Part shown: positions 37,670 to 51,869 of the stretch, piece after piece
Layout: each line of letters opens with the position of its first letter
Numbering within the stretch: position 1 is the stretch's first letter
DNA from: Gnetum montanum
Taxonomy: Eukaryota; Plantae; Gnetophyta
DNA length: 64,000 nt
Direction of reading: 5' to 3'
NCBI GenBank assembly: GCA_015680685.1
Contig: MNCI01001980.1
Coordinates: forward strand, 9,865 to 73,864
Made by a program: the position numbers and the translations under genes
Notes under the pieces: model-generated
Databases searched by the model: none
What the model saw: the letters and a program-made list of their open reading frames with translations, nothing else
What the model was told of the DNA's origin: nothing

Positions 37670-38304
37670 CAATGAAAAAGACTTTCTTTTTTAAAAAAGA
37701 TAATTTTTAGAAAAATAAGAGCTTTTTCAAAAAATGAATGATTAATGTAAGTTTTACACTGCTTAACACAATAATGAAAACTAAAAAATACACATTACAA
37801 TACTAAAAGTTTCAATTATTTCCATCCTCAATTTGATTAGCAATTGAAATGCTAACATTAGGAGTATTACTTACAGATCAGAAAAAAGATCCAGCTTGAA
37901 AATGGAATACATGGTATTTCACAAGTTTTAATGATGCTTACTACAGGAATCAAAACTGAGAAATACATACAGCAATGTTGGCTTCACCAATTTCTTTAAT
38001 CTTCAATTTAGTAGGCAATTGAATTGAAATGTAAGAATGACAGTAGTGCAACCGAACAACAGCATAATGCAACAGCTATGCCGATGGAAATACAAAAAGA
38101 GAGGCAGCATGAAAACCAAATCAAGAAAGAAAAAACAAATGGCAGTGATTTCTATTTTTTTTCAGTGTGGTGTTTTTTCTTTTTACCAATTTTTAAGCCA
38201 CACGTGTCCAAAGCATATACATGACATCCATGATGAGCATGATGCAGCAGCCATGGCAAGGGATAAGGTGGCATAAATCGTAAGACACGGTAGAGACGCC
38301 TGCC
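37670..38304 (-). repeat. Right TIR of the MULE
   Basis: Reverse complement of 27298-27930; ORFs 27318-27515 (-) and 38024-38224 (+) translate to similar peptides. Confidence 0.92.
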
Positions 38305-41300
38305 TAGGTTGAGTTCTCGCTTGTTGTAGCAACCTAGAGCGATGTGCAACATTCAAAATTCATAGTGATATGTTTTGATAGTTATTATGGTAAAGCACAC
38401 ATATGAATAAGGGAGCGCAAGGATCTTTGTTAGTGATAAAATAGAATATAAGATAAATTCATCTTTATCTTGATGCCTTTATCTCATCATTTTTATCTAT
38501 GGATATAAAGGTAGGTGAAGGATTTTATGATGATTTATTATAACTACTTGTCTACCTTGATAGTTCTTGAATGTATATTTTTATAGTGTTCTTAACTAAT
38601 ATGTGTCTCAACATAGATCTTGGAATCCAATGTGTAATGATTGTGTCTAATGTTCATGTAGTCTAAACACATCTTTATGATTTAAAACCAACATTGGTAG
38701 CTTGAATGACTTGTACAAAGTTATAGTTAAGATTTTTCTTTTTTGGAAAAAAAAAAAAGAATTTTGTTTTGCAATGTTTTGAATGTAAGTGGCATAATCT
38801 ACATATTCTGTCCTTATATTGCATATTATTTGACCTTCCACTTTCAACTTAAAAGTAATGTAACCTCATTTATACTTTACTAATGAATAATTACTTTTTT
38901 CAACCAAATTGGAGCTTCCTTTGGGTTTCCAATCAAATTGAAGCTTTAAAAATTTCATGATCTTTGAATGAAGAATATTATTTACAAGTACTTGCTTCTA
39001 AGTTCTCTTCCAATTCTCAAGTTGTCTTATTTTCATTATGTCTTTCTCATAAAATCATCATTGTACTGCAAAGTGAAGGTTTTAAGCATGTTCTTGAGGA
39101 TCTCATTCATCAGCTTTGTCTATCCATTCATCTAAGGGTGATATGTTGAACTTAAATTCAATTTAATTCCTAGTTTTAATTTAAAAAATTATCAAAATTT
39201 CAAAGTAAATTAGACATTACTATTTGGGATGATTTGAACTAGAACTCCTTGAAATCAAATAATCTCAATCTTGGAGATTTTAACAATATTATTAGTACCA
39301 CATAAATGTTTGTAGTCATGAAATTAGATGACTTAATATGTAATCTATCACAGTCAGAATAATATTTTTTTCTTTGAGCCTTTGAAAATTCAATTATGAA
39401 ATTGAATTTTTACTTCCACATTATTATGAAACTAAATTATGAAATCCTTCTTCATGACTTTACACTCCCTATGAAATATCATGAAGATGAAGAAAACATC
39501 TTGGTCTTTTTGGTGGTTTTCCTTGTTGACATATCAAGCATCTAGCCATAGACTCTAGTGTCTTTCTTCATATTTAGCCTCCAATAGTGTCTCTTAGCAT
39601 TATGGTATATCTTGTTTGCACTTGAATGTATCTAATATTTGCTAAGATGAACTTGTTCTAGTAATTGACATTTCACATTTCTAGCGCATACAATATTGCC
39701 TTGAACTATAACTCTTTCTTCTTTCCTATAGTAAATTATTTATTAAAGTTTGTACCTAGTTTTTGAATCCTATCCTTAACCTTACTAATATGTCTTTTTT
39801 CCTTGAAGAATATCTTCTTATAAGCTAGATGTAACATCCCATTCTTAAGAAATCTTAAAAAGAAATATGTTACATATAACTTATAATTGAATTAATGAAT
39901 AACTTAATCTTTCAAGATCACAACTAAAATGAGAGGAATTTAAATGCCATGTTGGATTGATTCATTTCTCATAAAGAGGGAAAAATAAAACTAACATGAT
40001 CACAATCATAGCTAGTAGTTTTCAATCCTAGGCCTTTTCACATTTAGCATCACTACTTGAATGACCTATACAAATGTAGGAGGTTAGTCTCCAAAGACTA
40101 GAAAATCTAACATTTAGATTATAGTAGAGCATGAAGGACATCTATCAAGCAAGAATGTGGTACCTAGGAAAAAATATAAAGCTTACGAAAATCAAGATTA
40201 GATACATGATCAAAATAATACATCAATAAAAAAATCATAATATCGACATCAAAATAACATGTTAACAATAGTAACCATTATGAATTGACATGATCCAAAA
40301 AAGCAGTAAAGAGAATAATATATTCTCTAAAATAACAACTAGAAATGCATAAAGCTTAATTACTAAATTATTCTTCAATTTCCCAATGTTTCATAAACTC
40401 AGCTATCAACTCTAAATGTGTTCACCACCTCATATGATAAATCTATGATTTGACTCTTATTATGTTAAATTCAATATGACTTCCAAGAAATGAAAACAAG
40501 GCTAAAATTGATATGATTTTAGTAGGTTTCCCACTATTTCATTTGGCGAATCTATAAGTTAAACCCCTTCTTATATCAAGCTCTATATGACTCTTGATAA
40601 GCATGATGATATATAGCTATATGCCAAGCGATGTTTGAATTTCAAACTCCATATACATCTCATAAGATCCTTACTTATAACCTCCTATAGGTAAAAACAC
40701 AAGCATAGACATCATATTTATATAACATTACATAAATTAACATAAATATTTAGTATTATATTTATTTAATAATATCAAGCAAAAACAGATTACATGATCT
40801 TGGGATCCAAAATAATGAATGTATATTTCCTACTATTAACAAACCCTAGCTAGTTGATAAAGGCTCTTTCTTCTTAAAGTGTGAAGATCTTCTTCAAGCT
40901 ACTTCTCATGTTATCACCAATTCACAAATAGGTTGGATCAAGATTTGAGGGTTTGCAATCTTAAATAGAGATCATTTAAGGCTTTTAGTGTTGAATCTAA
41001 AAATAAAATAGATCTAATTTCTAAAACCCCTATTAGCTAGAAATCAAAGATGAAATTTAAGTTAGATCTACAAAACAATGGATAATTCAATAAAATTCAA
41101 TATGAACAAAATCACTATAGAGATATTAGAATAAAAGGTACATAAAACCAAAGGTGTGAGATCTAAAGTTCAAATTTGCACATGAACATACAAAACTAGG
41201 AATTAAAGATATCGCATTACACCAAGGTCTAAACCTAGGATCTACTCCACATGAAACACCCAATTAGTGCATAACATGAAATATATACATAAACTATAAT

Positions 41301-44300
41301 TACTTTAAAAAATCCTTAAAATAAAATAATATGATAAAAACAAAATATTAAAATATACATTATATGAATAATTACAAAAAATACAATGATATGTTAAATT
41401 AGTCTTAAGAGTCTTAGTATGAAAACCCAGGTCATAGGTTCTATTCTAGTGGACAATATGTATTAAAAAGTTTCCTAATTTTTTTTTGAAATTATTCTAT
41501 CTGATAAATTTAAGACCATATGTAATATGAAATACAAATCTAATCTAAGTATGAAGCTTGAATGAAATAAATTAAATTAAATAATATTAATCTAAAGTTA
41601 GAAAGCACATAGAATCTTATGGAATTACATACAAAATATATGATGTTTTTCATGTGAATTTGATTTTTCTATAACAAATTTTCTCTCTTTCTTCCATTTT
41701 TCTTCAAAAAATTTAATCTGTTCAAATTTCCCCTATGGAAGATTCTAAATTACTTTCAACTTCTCCAATAGATGCCAAAATGTTTACATATTCTATTGAT
41801 GCAAAAATTTTTGTTGATTCTCAGAATGAAAATTTACAAGCTAGTGAGAAAAATTCTAAGAAGCCTTCTTTTAGTGATGCATCTAAGATACCTAATTTTT
41901 TTTCTTCCTCATGATGTATTGATCATTGGTAACTAATCTTACATTACAATATGTGATAGATTACCTACTTTGTAACTGAAGTTTTACTTTGCAATTAAAT
42001 GCCTTGTACTTAAGTTTCAATTTTCAGTTAAATGATGTGATGTAAAACCATGACATTCAAGTCATTTAGGTTAGGTATTATTCTTGTTTTTTCTTCTTTT
42101 CAAGCTAGGTAATGCTTCACTATTGTAGGATGTTCTAGATATAATGTCTTTTATACATAAGCATGTAGTATTATCTTTTGTAAGTGGACTCTAAATTTTG
42201 ATATCCAGTATGAAGAATATTCTAAAATTCTATATTTTTTTGACCTATTTAATCTTTCATTGATTTTTCAAGAAATTGAGTAGGAAATTATTAGTCTTCT
42301 TGGTCCCATTAAACATATTGAATCTATTTTTACACCATTTGGTTTTTGTAGATGTTCTTTTGTTGAAATTAATTTTCTTGATTGTAAAAAGGAACTGGTT
42401 TTGTAAGTAGGAGGAAAGATTTATATTCAACCAATTACATATTATAATCTTTTTAATTCTTTCAATTTTTATCATCATGAAGGACATTTATTTAATGTTT
42501 GTTCCTTTTTAGCTTAAAAAAAATATGTCAAAATAAAAAAAACCATGTTAAAGTTAGAAAAAAACAATTTAAAGTTGAGGATATGAAAAAATCAAGTTAA
42601 TTTCAACAATAAGAATGATCAAATGACAACAAATAAATTAGAAAAGATAGAAGCTTATGTGTATGTTTTTACTTGTACTATAGGAAGTATTGATTAGTTT
42701 AGATAAATAACTCATAAAGCAAATTTATTCTTATTTGACAAAATCAATGTTAACTCAAAGATCAATGCTAATGTTGAGAAGAAAGCTATAGCTAATTGTT
42801 AGAAATGCAAGGTTAATATTAAGCAATGAAGTAATGGTAATGTAGATTATGCACCATCAATTTCTTATATTCTTTCAAATGCTAATATGTTGTCACAACT
42901 TTCCATTACTCTCTCAAATCATTTTGCTATTTTAAGTTCAAGCATAGATGTTGAAAGTAATGTAAATGTTGTTAGGGTAGGGGCCATCCTACCAATGAAT
43001 AATTAATTTCTCTCAATTTTTCAAAAATATCAACTATAGAGTTTTACACTTGAGGAGACATCCTTGTAATTGGAAAGATTTCCCTCTTTATGTTATTTTT
43101 GGTGTTCTTTAAACTATGTTAAGCTTGTAATATGAATGTTTTTTTTCTTATTATTAATATAATTTTTGGGATCCAACACAACCCTTCCACCACACCCCCA
43201 CACACCTCACCTTTCCCTCCTTCCCCCCAAAATCATATAAAAGGCTAAGCTAACCAACAAGTCAAAGTGATAGAAAGGATGATAATTGAACTTTGATTTG
43301 AAGAAAGAAATGTGATAGAAAGCAAAAATCTAAGAAAAGATAAAAAAAGAGTGAAAGGAAAGGATATAATAGATAATTTTAATTTATAAACTTTAAGAAA
43401 TCTTAGGCATGACTGTGATAACCTAAAATTTTCATAGGCTTAATTATTTAATTTAATGCATGCATTTGATTCTTTAATGCTACCAGATGTATTTCAATAC
43501 CTTTGTTGTAATTTTATTGACTAAATCATAGGATTATATGATTGTAGTCACTATTATTGTTGTTGTTGTCCTACATAAGTAAATACGACCTGCTTACTAC
43601 AGAGTTTTCTTAAAGTTTTATATCTTTTATTTTACTACTATTAAAGCTCAGTCATAGATCTTTTGTATATTTTATGATTAAATGTTGAAATCTAATTACC
43701 CTTAGAAGTTTTTCTTTCTGTTAGTTATCATGTTTTTACATGTATTTTACTATGCATATTTTATTCTTTATGTACACTCAATTATCAATATTTCATTTTA
43801 TATTATGCACATTTAATTATGCATATTATATTTTTATTATGCACATGTGATTATATAATACTCTGTTCATGGAGCATTTTAGACCCTAAATCAACTTAGA
43901 TCATACCCCTTATTAATTTTTTGCATTAAATGAACATTTGAAATTTATTTTAATTATAATTAAATATATTATAAAATATCTTTGTTAGTTAAGTACTTTA
44001 GGATAGTATCCAACCTAGAATTTGACCTTAACAATGTATTCAAGACATTCAAAAATATTGGGTTTGAACCTTAGTTCACTAGAATTAGAGTTATGGTTCT
44101 CAAGATATCATAATGTTAGTTTGCTAGAAATTTATAGAAGTTTTGACATTTGAACTATAAGACTATGGTAAGCAATGCTCAAACATGATTTCAATATGTG
44201 ATCATGTAGTGTGCTTGATAAGGATTTTATAGCTTTCAAAAAAATTTGATTTGAAGTTCGTATGTGCCTATTATGCATTTTTGAACCTTAAAAGTATTAG

Positions 44301-44304
44301 TGTA

Positions 44305-45100
44305 TGATGAGTGGTGAGGTACCCCTATGCTCAACCATACAAATACGAGCATGTATGCACGATCCGGTTGAACTCCACAGATGGACTAGTTGTGGCACCT
44401 AGACAGTTATACATTGATCACAGTTCGTTGTGTTCCCACCTGGACTAGTAGTAGCTTTGTCATGTATGGTTTAGTCGAGGGTGAGGCACATGATGTTGTC
44501 CTAACTCTATGTTACTCTTGATAACAAAGAAGATAAATTGATTAAATTAACAATAAGAGTAAAACATAAATTAGCCTATGGCAATGGTATCTGCCCTTAA
44601 CCATCCGTACACATCTTGAACTTCGTGGGATTACTGCTGGGCATACTAAGTGTTCGCACATAAACGCTCATGATTAAGGCGTACACATTCCGTTTAATGA
44701 CAAGAAAAGTAAATAACAATAAATCAGACTATAATTAAAAAAATATTAAATAATTAAATAATTAAAATAATAAAATTAATCTAAGTGAATGATGCAATGA
44801 TGAAAGTAATCTTGATCTTTATTGTCGATCATGCACGTGTCCGAGTATGTCACACTCGAACAAAGATGTCAGACAATTACAAACATCACACTGTGGGCAT
44901 GCACTGAGAATAACTGAAAGCTAAATTGCCAAAAAAAAAGAACTTCTAACTCTCTAATGATCTAATTTTTTCCCTCACTATGCGCTTGAGTGTTGTATTT
45001 ATAGGCTAACATAGGAATCACGATATCATGTATACGATATTGTATCTAGGTCGTGATATTGCATACTCGATATCGTGGCTTGGAAAACTGTGATTCATCA
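44305..45100 (-). repeat. 3' LTR of Athila-type element 2
   Basis: Direct repeat of 53496-54291; termini TGATGAG...TTCATCA. Confidence 0.95.
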
Positions 45101-45269
45101 TACCCCCACAACTGAATAAAAACTTGTCCTTGAGTTAATACAACAAGAAATAAGTTTCTTACAAAGCATCATGAAGGTATGAGATTATTGACTACTATTG
45201 ACTCACCATGCCATAGTATGCAAACATAAAATTTGAACACAAAATACAAAATACAAAATTGTTGGAACT

Positions 45270-48200
45270 CATGTGGTTCTTGAAGGTGGTGGCTCCTCCA
45301 TTGATACTTTCCCTTTTTCTAGCCTTGTAGGCTTTTGAGATTGTTGATGGGTGAGAAGCACCTGTAGTTTCTCTTCTTTTATCCGAGGGCCATGCATAGT
45401 CCATGCTGATGTTCTAATGTTTGATGGAGCTAGCATCTTCCATGGACACGAAAACTATGGAAACATCTGATTTGCTTTAACATACCATGCAGCAAATTGC
45501 TGTCATTCCTCCTCATAGGCTCTAGCTTTGTCTCATAATTCTTGGTAATTTGTTAACCGTTAAGCCAAGTTTGCTGCTACATATTTTTGGTTGTGGTAGC
45601 TTGCTTTGATCACTTCTAATTCAAAGTTTTCTACTTCTAATTTTTGCAATATCTTCTTATGTTCCACAAACTCTGTCTCATCCTTAGCATAAGTGACAAC
45701 TACTTGCTTCTCAAGCTTAGTTCTTGGGCACCCTGCTGTTAACATAGCCAAGTTGGCATATCGTAGGTTTGCCAAATCCATGTACTCTGTTAAGTCTTGA
45801 ATCTATAGGTCTTGAATTTTCAATTCTACTTAGTGGATGAAGGCATAAGTATCTAGTATGGCTCACTAATCAATGTGTTCAACACTAAAAGAATTAATGT
45901 GGGCCTTAGCCATACAAATCTCTTTTTTGATGATTTCCTTGTACACTCCCACTTAGTCATTGATGAGTGGCTAGGTACCCCTACACTCAACCATACGAAT
46001 ACGAGTGTGCATGCACGATCTGGTCGAACTCCGCAGACTAAATGCCTTAACACCACAAGAAACACTTGGGGTTAATCGTTCGTTGTCTTCCCAGGCTTGC
46101 TTGTAAGTGTCATGGTGTATGGTTAAGCAAGTCTGAGGTATGTGATTTTTTTGGNNNNNNNNNNNNNNNNNNNNNNNNNNNNNNNNNNNNNNNNNNNNNN
46201 NNNNNNNNNNNNNNNNNNNNNNNNNNNNNNNNNNNNNNNNNNNNNNNNNNNNNNNNNNNNNNNNNNNNNNNNNNNNNNNNNNNNNNNNNNNNNNNNNNNN
46301 NNNNNNNNNNNNNNNNNNNNNNNNNNNNNNNNNNNNNNNNNNNNNNNNNNNNNNNNNNNNNNNNNNNNNNNNNNNNNNNNNNNNNNNNNNNNNNNNNNNN
46401 NNNNNNNNNNNNNNNNNNNNNNNNNNNNNNNNNNNNNNNNNNNNNNNNNNNNNNNNTAAATAAATAACAATAAAAAAAACCATGTACTGCAAGGTTTATC
46501 CAATCAAGTTTGTCTTTATTACCGTACACAACTTGGGTTCAGGTTACAAGCTGCTCGAATAAAGAGTCGTTCACTCTAGGACTTCTACTGCGGGCACATG
46601 GGAAAAATTCTAACTTTGGAGTGATCAATTTGCCAGAGCTTCGCTACTTCTAGCTAGGATTGGGAAATAAGGGGAGTGCCGCCTCTTATTTATAGATATG
46701 GCGGCAGACCGTGATATCGCATACGCAATATCGTAGGGAAAGAGGCGATATCACATACGGGATATCGCATGGGATGCGATATCGCGGCACAGTGCATGTC
46801 ACGTCTCATTAGTCATGAAAGTGTTCTTTTAACTTCTCATGCTTCTTGGCCTCATTTTCCATGCACTTATTTCTATGGTTGTCTTTTGTCAGATGGCATA
46901 GACCTCCTCCATGGAGAGGGTTCTATTCTCCCTGGCCAAGTGATTCATGTCTTGGTTGATCCGAACTAGTTGTTCTTGCATTTGTTGAAAACTTTCTTTG
47001 AGAATGTTCTTCTATTTCTCAACTGTTATCAACCAAATATTTTCAGTAGCAAGTAGTTTATTCTCCTCTTGTAGGGCCTTGAGAGCTTTGGCATGTGCAT
47101 ACATTTGAGCTTGTGACTTTTGAAGCATCCTAATCAGCCTATTCTTTTTCCATTGCCACCCTTTTATTCTCCATTAAAAATTCATTTAGTTGCTCTATTT
47201 TAAAGGATTTTAATTGATAGGCTACAAAAAATTAGGACAGATCCCACTGTTTAGCTTGTAGGGTGATGAACCTTTCTTGAAGTCTTTGTAATTAGGCTTT
47301 TGCATGTTTGGCACTAACCTTAGCCATGATCAGCTTCCCTTTAGTGCTAATGAGGTTTGACTATACTATAGTGACATTATCAATAATTTCAAACAAAGAA
47401 GTCATTACCTACCCTATCTACAGTAAATGATCAAGAACATCCTCATGCACAGCGGGAGTCATCGAAGGACTAGTTAGGAATTGAGCATCTCTTGCTTTAG
47501 TTAGATCTGCTAGTGGCACAATAGGAACATTAAAAAATTCTTTGATGTGTTCTATTACCACCTCTGTTATTCCAACTACATCCTGGTGTTGCATGACCAC
47601 CATTGTGGCACCTTCACTAGTTTCTAATTACACTTGGAATGATGCAGCATTTCTAGAGATCTGTTGTGACTAGTGTGATTCCCCACCTCCTGATTGAATT
47701 GAGACTTCACCCCTTGTAGGATCAATTGATATGGTTGGTCGTACAACATCATCAATCACATTGAAGAGATTGGCCTTGTCTCTGCTCCCCCAACTGACCA
47801 TCTCAGCGATGGCCCTAAGATGGCTCATTAATGGTCAGTAATCTTGCAGTGGTGATGGTGGTTATTGATCTTGCTGGCCTATGAGCTGTGTGCTAGGCCC
47901 TACTTCTTATTGTTAGCTAGGCCCTATTTTTTGAGGTGCAGTGGTCCCAACCGTCTATTTTTGTTCATGCTCCAATGTCTCACCGAAATTTTTTCTTGGT
48001 GCTGGTGGCTTGAGTAATTCAACATATGAAGCATTCTAAGCTTTTTTCTAGGGACGTCATTGGTGTACCCCAGAATTCCAGCACATTGGCATAGCTTCCT
48101 AATTAGACACAGAAAGGGCAATGCAAACTTGCCTATCTTTTGCTCTTCAAACCACCTTAATATTTCTATTAAATATAGATGAGGCAAATTGGCATCAAAC

Positions 48201-48905
48201 TAATCCATCAGAATTGCACTTCCTCTTGTCGCATAAGTAGAAATTCTATTTAAACCCTTTGTTGGGAAAATATGATAGGTGCCAATTTTAAAATAAATCC
48301 TCTCTTCAAGGGTTAATTCTCCATATGTCTTATCTTCTTTGCCATATGCCCTTTTTAACCATACTTTTCTTGCATCTCCATTAGAGTGAGTGGACAAATG
48401 AGTAACTTTGGGCCCTCCATTTGGAAGATTCAAAACTTCTACAATGGCCTTTGTGGAGAAATCAACTGAAATTCTACCAATATCAATGGTGGTGCCCTCT
48501 TCTTTATTGTGCCAAAACTAATATGTTTCACCCAAATACCACTCTCCACTCTCCAAGAGGATGGGCCATATTGGAGATCCCTTAAGTAGATTCTTGACTA
48601 GTCATGGGCGAATTCATAAAAGGCCCAAAATTAAGTTCCACAATCATGGTAGAGGATGTGAACTTTTCCTGAATGGCTTGAATACATTCTAGGGACAATG
48701 TGAGGTGTTGTCCTTGTTTTGGTGCCCTGACCTCTCCACCTTTTGCTTGGCTAGATTTTGCAGTGATAGAAGTTTCCTAATAGATGTTGAATGATTGTGC
48801 CTCCTGCTTTGCATGTTTTTCATGAGGTCCTTGGCCTTTGCCTCCTCTTAGAAATTTAGTTGCACCTTGAGAAGGTCCTCCCTACTATCCTCTTTTAGGG
48901 GCCAT
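45270..48905 (-). pseudogene. Accessory ORF of Athila-type element 2, interrupted by a nested LTR
   Basis: MAPKRG start; LTLEERIYFKIGTYHIFPTKGLN, LPFLCLIRKLC and VVMQHQD match element 1. Confidence 0.8.
45961..46811 (-). mobile_element. Nested related LTR (solo LTR, or a larger element collapsed in the N gap)
   Basis: Termini TGATGAG...CTCATTA; TSD GTCAT at 45956-45960 and 46812-46816; assembly gap at 46155-46455. Confidence 0.85.
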
Positions 48906-51869
48906 TTGTAATCACATAAGGACCAATTGTTAGTAAGGTTATTTAAAGAAATTTGGTTATCCTATACCTTATTTCCTTTAATAAATGTTTAATTATTTAC
49001 TTATTGTGATTCTTGAGTTAGAAATTTTTCAAGGAAGTTGCCGTAAAAGTTTAATGTTGGACTTGATCTATTTAGGTAACACATATAATAACTTAGATGA
49101 CTTGGGTAAAGGGAGAAAATTAGTTTGGCATGAATTTTTGATAGTACTTACCCCTATGATATCCTTTGGGTGATAGAAAATTTTGAAAAAATTATGTGCA
49201 AGTTCTATAGTACATCTTCCCCATGACTAAGTTGAACACCCTGGGTTTAATTAGGTTCAATCGGAAAAGAAATTGAAGTGTCGAAGAGAAAAATATTGGA
49301 AGTTGAATTTAGACTCACAAAGCTCTGAAAATCGTGGAAAAAAATTTGAGAAACTCCCCTCATGTCAACTATTGAAAATGACATGTGTAGTGCACGAGGG
49401 TCCCCTATATATACTTTTTATGGACATTATATCACATACATGATAGCGCGTACCTGATATCGCGTTGGACCTGATATTGGGTACCTGATATCATGTCCCA
49501 ACCAAGATATGGTACTTAGTGGAATTGATGATTATTCAAGTTTTTAGGGCTAGAATTAAAGGATTTGAGATAGATTCGAAAGGTCTGGGGTAATGGCAAG
49601 GGGAAATTGAGGCACCAAAAGTGTAATGAAGTGGAGTCATATAATGAAGTTCTTTGAAATTGATGAGGAAAAAGGACATGTAATGGTTCTAAGAAATGTT
49701 CAATTAAAATGATGACAAAGGAAAGAATAGATTTGGCAATGGAGTACTTGGAGGGTATAAAATGATGTGGTGGTGTGCAACACGTACAAATTACAAAAGT
49801 CATGCAAGTGGATCCTCCCCAAAGCAGGTTCCAACCTATAATGCCCTTGCGTAACCACAACTTAAAATGTCTGTAGGCATTGGAAGGGTTAAATGCAACC
49901 CACACCTATGCAACAAAAGACACACATGTTAAGTACCACCACTATGAGGTACGAATTCTATGCCACACAAGACACAAGTTAGAAGTACCTAGACCGTGAG
50001 ATGAGATAAATTGTAGAAGGGTTTGTAGAGATTGGGACATGAGGTAACTTATCCTGGGCATAATGAATCCTATGTGTTATGCGTGATTAAAGTACCATTA
50101 GCCTTTTGATCCAAGATCAAAACCAAGTTCATACCTTTGATCATTGTCATCGCATTGTTTCATCCCAATGATAGACAACCATAAGAGCATCATGAAAGTA
50201 AGGTGTATGATTACTTGGCGTTTTGCGCAAGGGAGGAGGGATTTAAATTTGTTTCTAGCATGTTTTTTTCTTGTGCTTTTCTTTTCTGCTTCACTTCTTT
50301 CTTTTCTTTTTCGCTTTCTTCTGGTCGCTTTTATACTTGGTCTTTCCAAAGGTGATCCAAAGAAGTTGCCAACCTTTAGGCATGGGTGCATGTCTTTCTA
50401 GTGGAACCCCCCATAATAGCATTGAGTTCCTTTATTACAACTCTTACTCCCATTGTTCGTTAGATCTACAAGGACCTTAGTACAACCAAGCTACATGATA
50501 GCACATACAGATGTTGCCAAAGAAAATCCATAAGTTCCTTTGATGTCACACCCTTGCCATTCCCTCTTAGTCTGTCACTCTTTGCTTTGGGCATAATGAG
50601 TACATAGTTACTTTAAGTTTTGATGATATCAAGAATATCATCATACCCAGAGTAAGAACCTCTTCTTAACAGAATGGATGGGTGGATGTTGTGGGCTCAC
50701 TATCCAAATAATTAGTCACTTGTGACTTGATGCCATAGAACAATGCCTCAACTAACTGGTTACATGAGTATTTTATTCACAGATGAGATTACCCATAAAA
50801 AGATAAAATGACAAATTGGAAAATGAGAACTTAGAAAACAAAAAATAAAAAAAATAAAAAAATTTAAAACCAAAGGAAAGAAAAAACATTTACTAATTTT
50901 TCTTGTTAGAATGGGGGGTATTCCCCATGACTAAAACTTTGATCATGATGAGAATTAATAAATGGAAAGTTAGGATCTATGCATGTTGGAAATATTGGGG
51001 TTTGGTCATATCCAAACTACTAGGTCTCTTTGGGTGTAGTGGTAGGAACGTACCCAAATTGGGGTTCACACACTTGATTAAAGTAGGAATAGTGGAGAAA
51101 ATTATAAGATGTGGTCATGTGATAAGAAGCTAACCCACTATGGCACCCATGACCATAATACGGTATGCAAGGATCGATATGTCTCCTCACGTTGTTATAT
51201 TCATTGGGTCACATGATTGTTGGAGTATTAATTGGTAACCTGGATAAGGTAATAGGAGGTGTTAAGTTTGAAGAGGAAGGTGTATCACTATGTTGGGCTT
51301 GTGTTGAGTTGGAGGATGTAGTGGTTTTAGAATCATGTTGTCTCTTTCTAAGGCCATGCCTAAAGAAAGGATTCTTCAAACATTATGAAGGACTCTCATT
51401 GCTATTAACAGTAGCAACACAAGTAATGTTCGTTGGTTGGTGCTATGGTGCAAAAAATTTTGGTACAACTGGTGGCAACGTAGAAGGAGGTGAAGGATGA
51501 GAATATTGAGAGTAAGGAGTGTAAAGAACATGAGGTGGTAGTCTCATAGGAGAGGACATGGATTGATGATACTCGAGAGAGTGATAACGATGAGGTGAAG
51601 TAGAGGATGTTGATCTAGTTGGAGAAATAGTGTTTTGAACATAATAAGCACTTGGTTTTGGGTGATATGAAGGGTGTGGCTAGTTTGGTGATGACCTCCA
51701 CCACAACTAGGCGGTTTTTCCACTACGGTTGAGCATAGTACTAAGGCTAGTAAGAATTTTCCCACAGATAGTACGATGAGTTGTGAAATTGCCCATAAAG
51801 TTGTGGGACAAGGATGTGCCTAACCATGGACTTTTATATGAAATTTGGATGCAACATTCTTTCTGAATG

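Larger units (their letters stand above)
27298..38304 (-). mobile_element. Mutator-like (MULE) TIR DNA transposon with long TIRs
   Basis: About 600-bp inverted repeats at both ends; flanking TTGGTTGAG (27289-27297) and TAGGTTGAG (38305-38313), an 8/9 TSD match; internal MULE-type transposase relic. Termini are +/-1 bp. Confidence 0.88.

Noticed and set aside
41390-41470. tRNA gene or tRNA-derived SINE (similar hint at about 39220-39290 on -)
   Set aside because: Only a degenerate B-box-like GGTTCTATTCT; no cloverleaf, convincing A box or TSD.
38400-43900. Ancient TE coding relics (possible gag near 42000-42480, possible DNA-transposon relic near 38400-39800)
   Set aside because: Too degenerate to assign by eye; no reliable motif series.
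45971-46529. Long ORFs in the ORF track
   Set aside because: Artefacts of the N gap.
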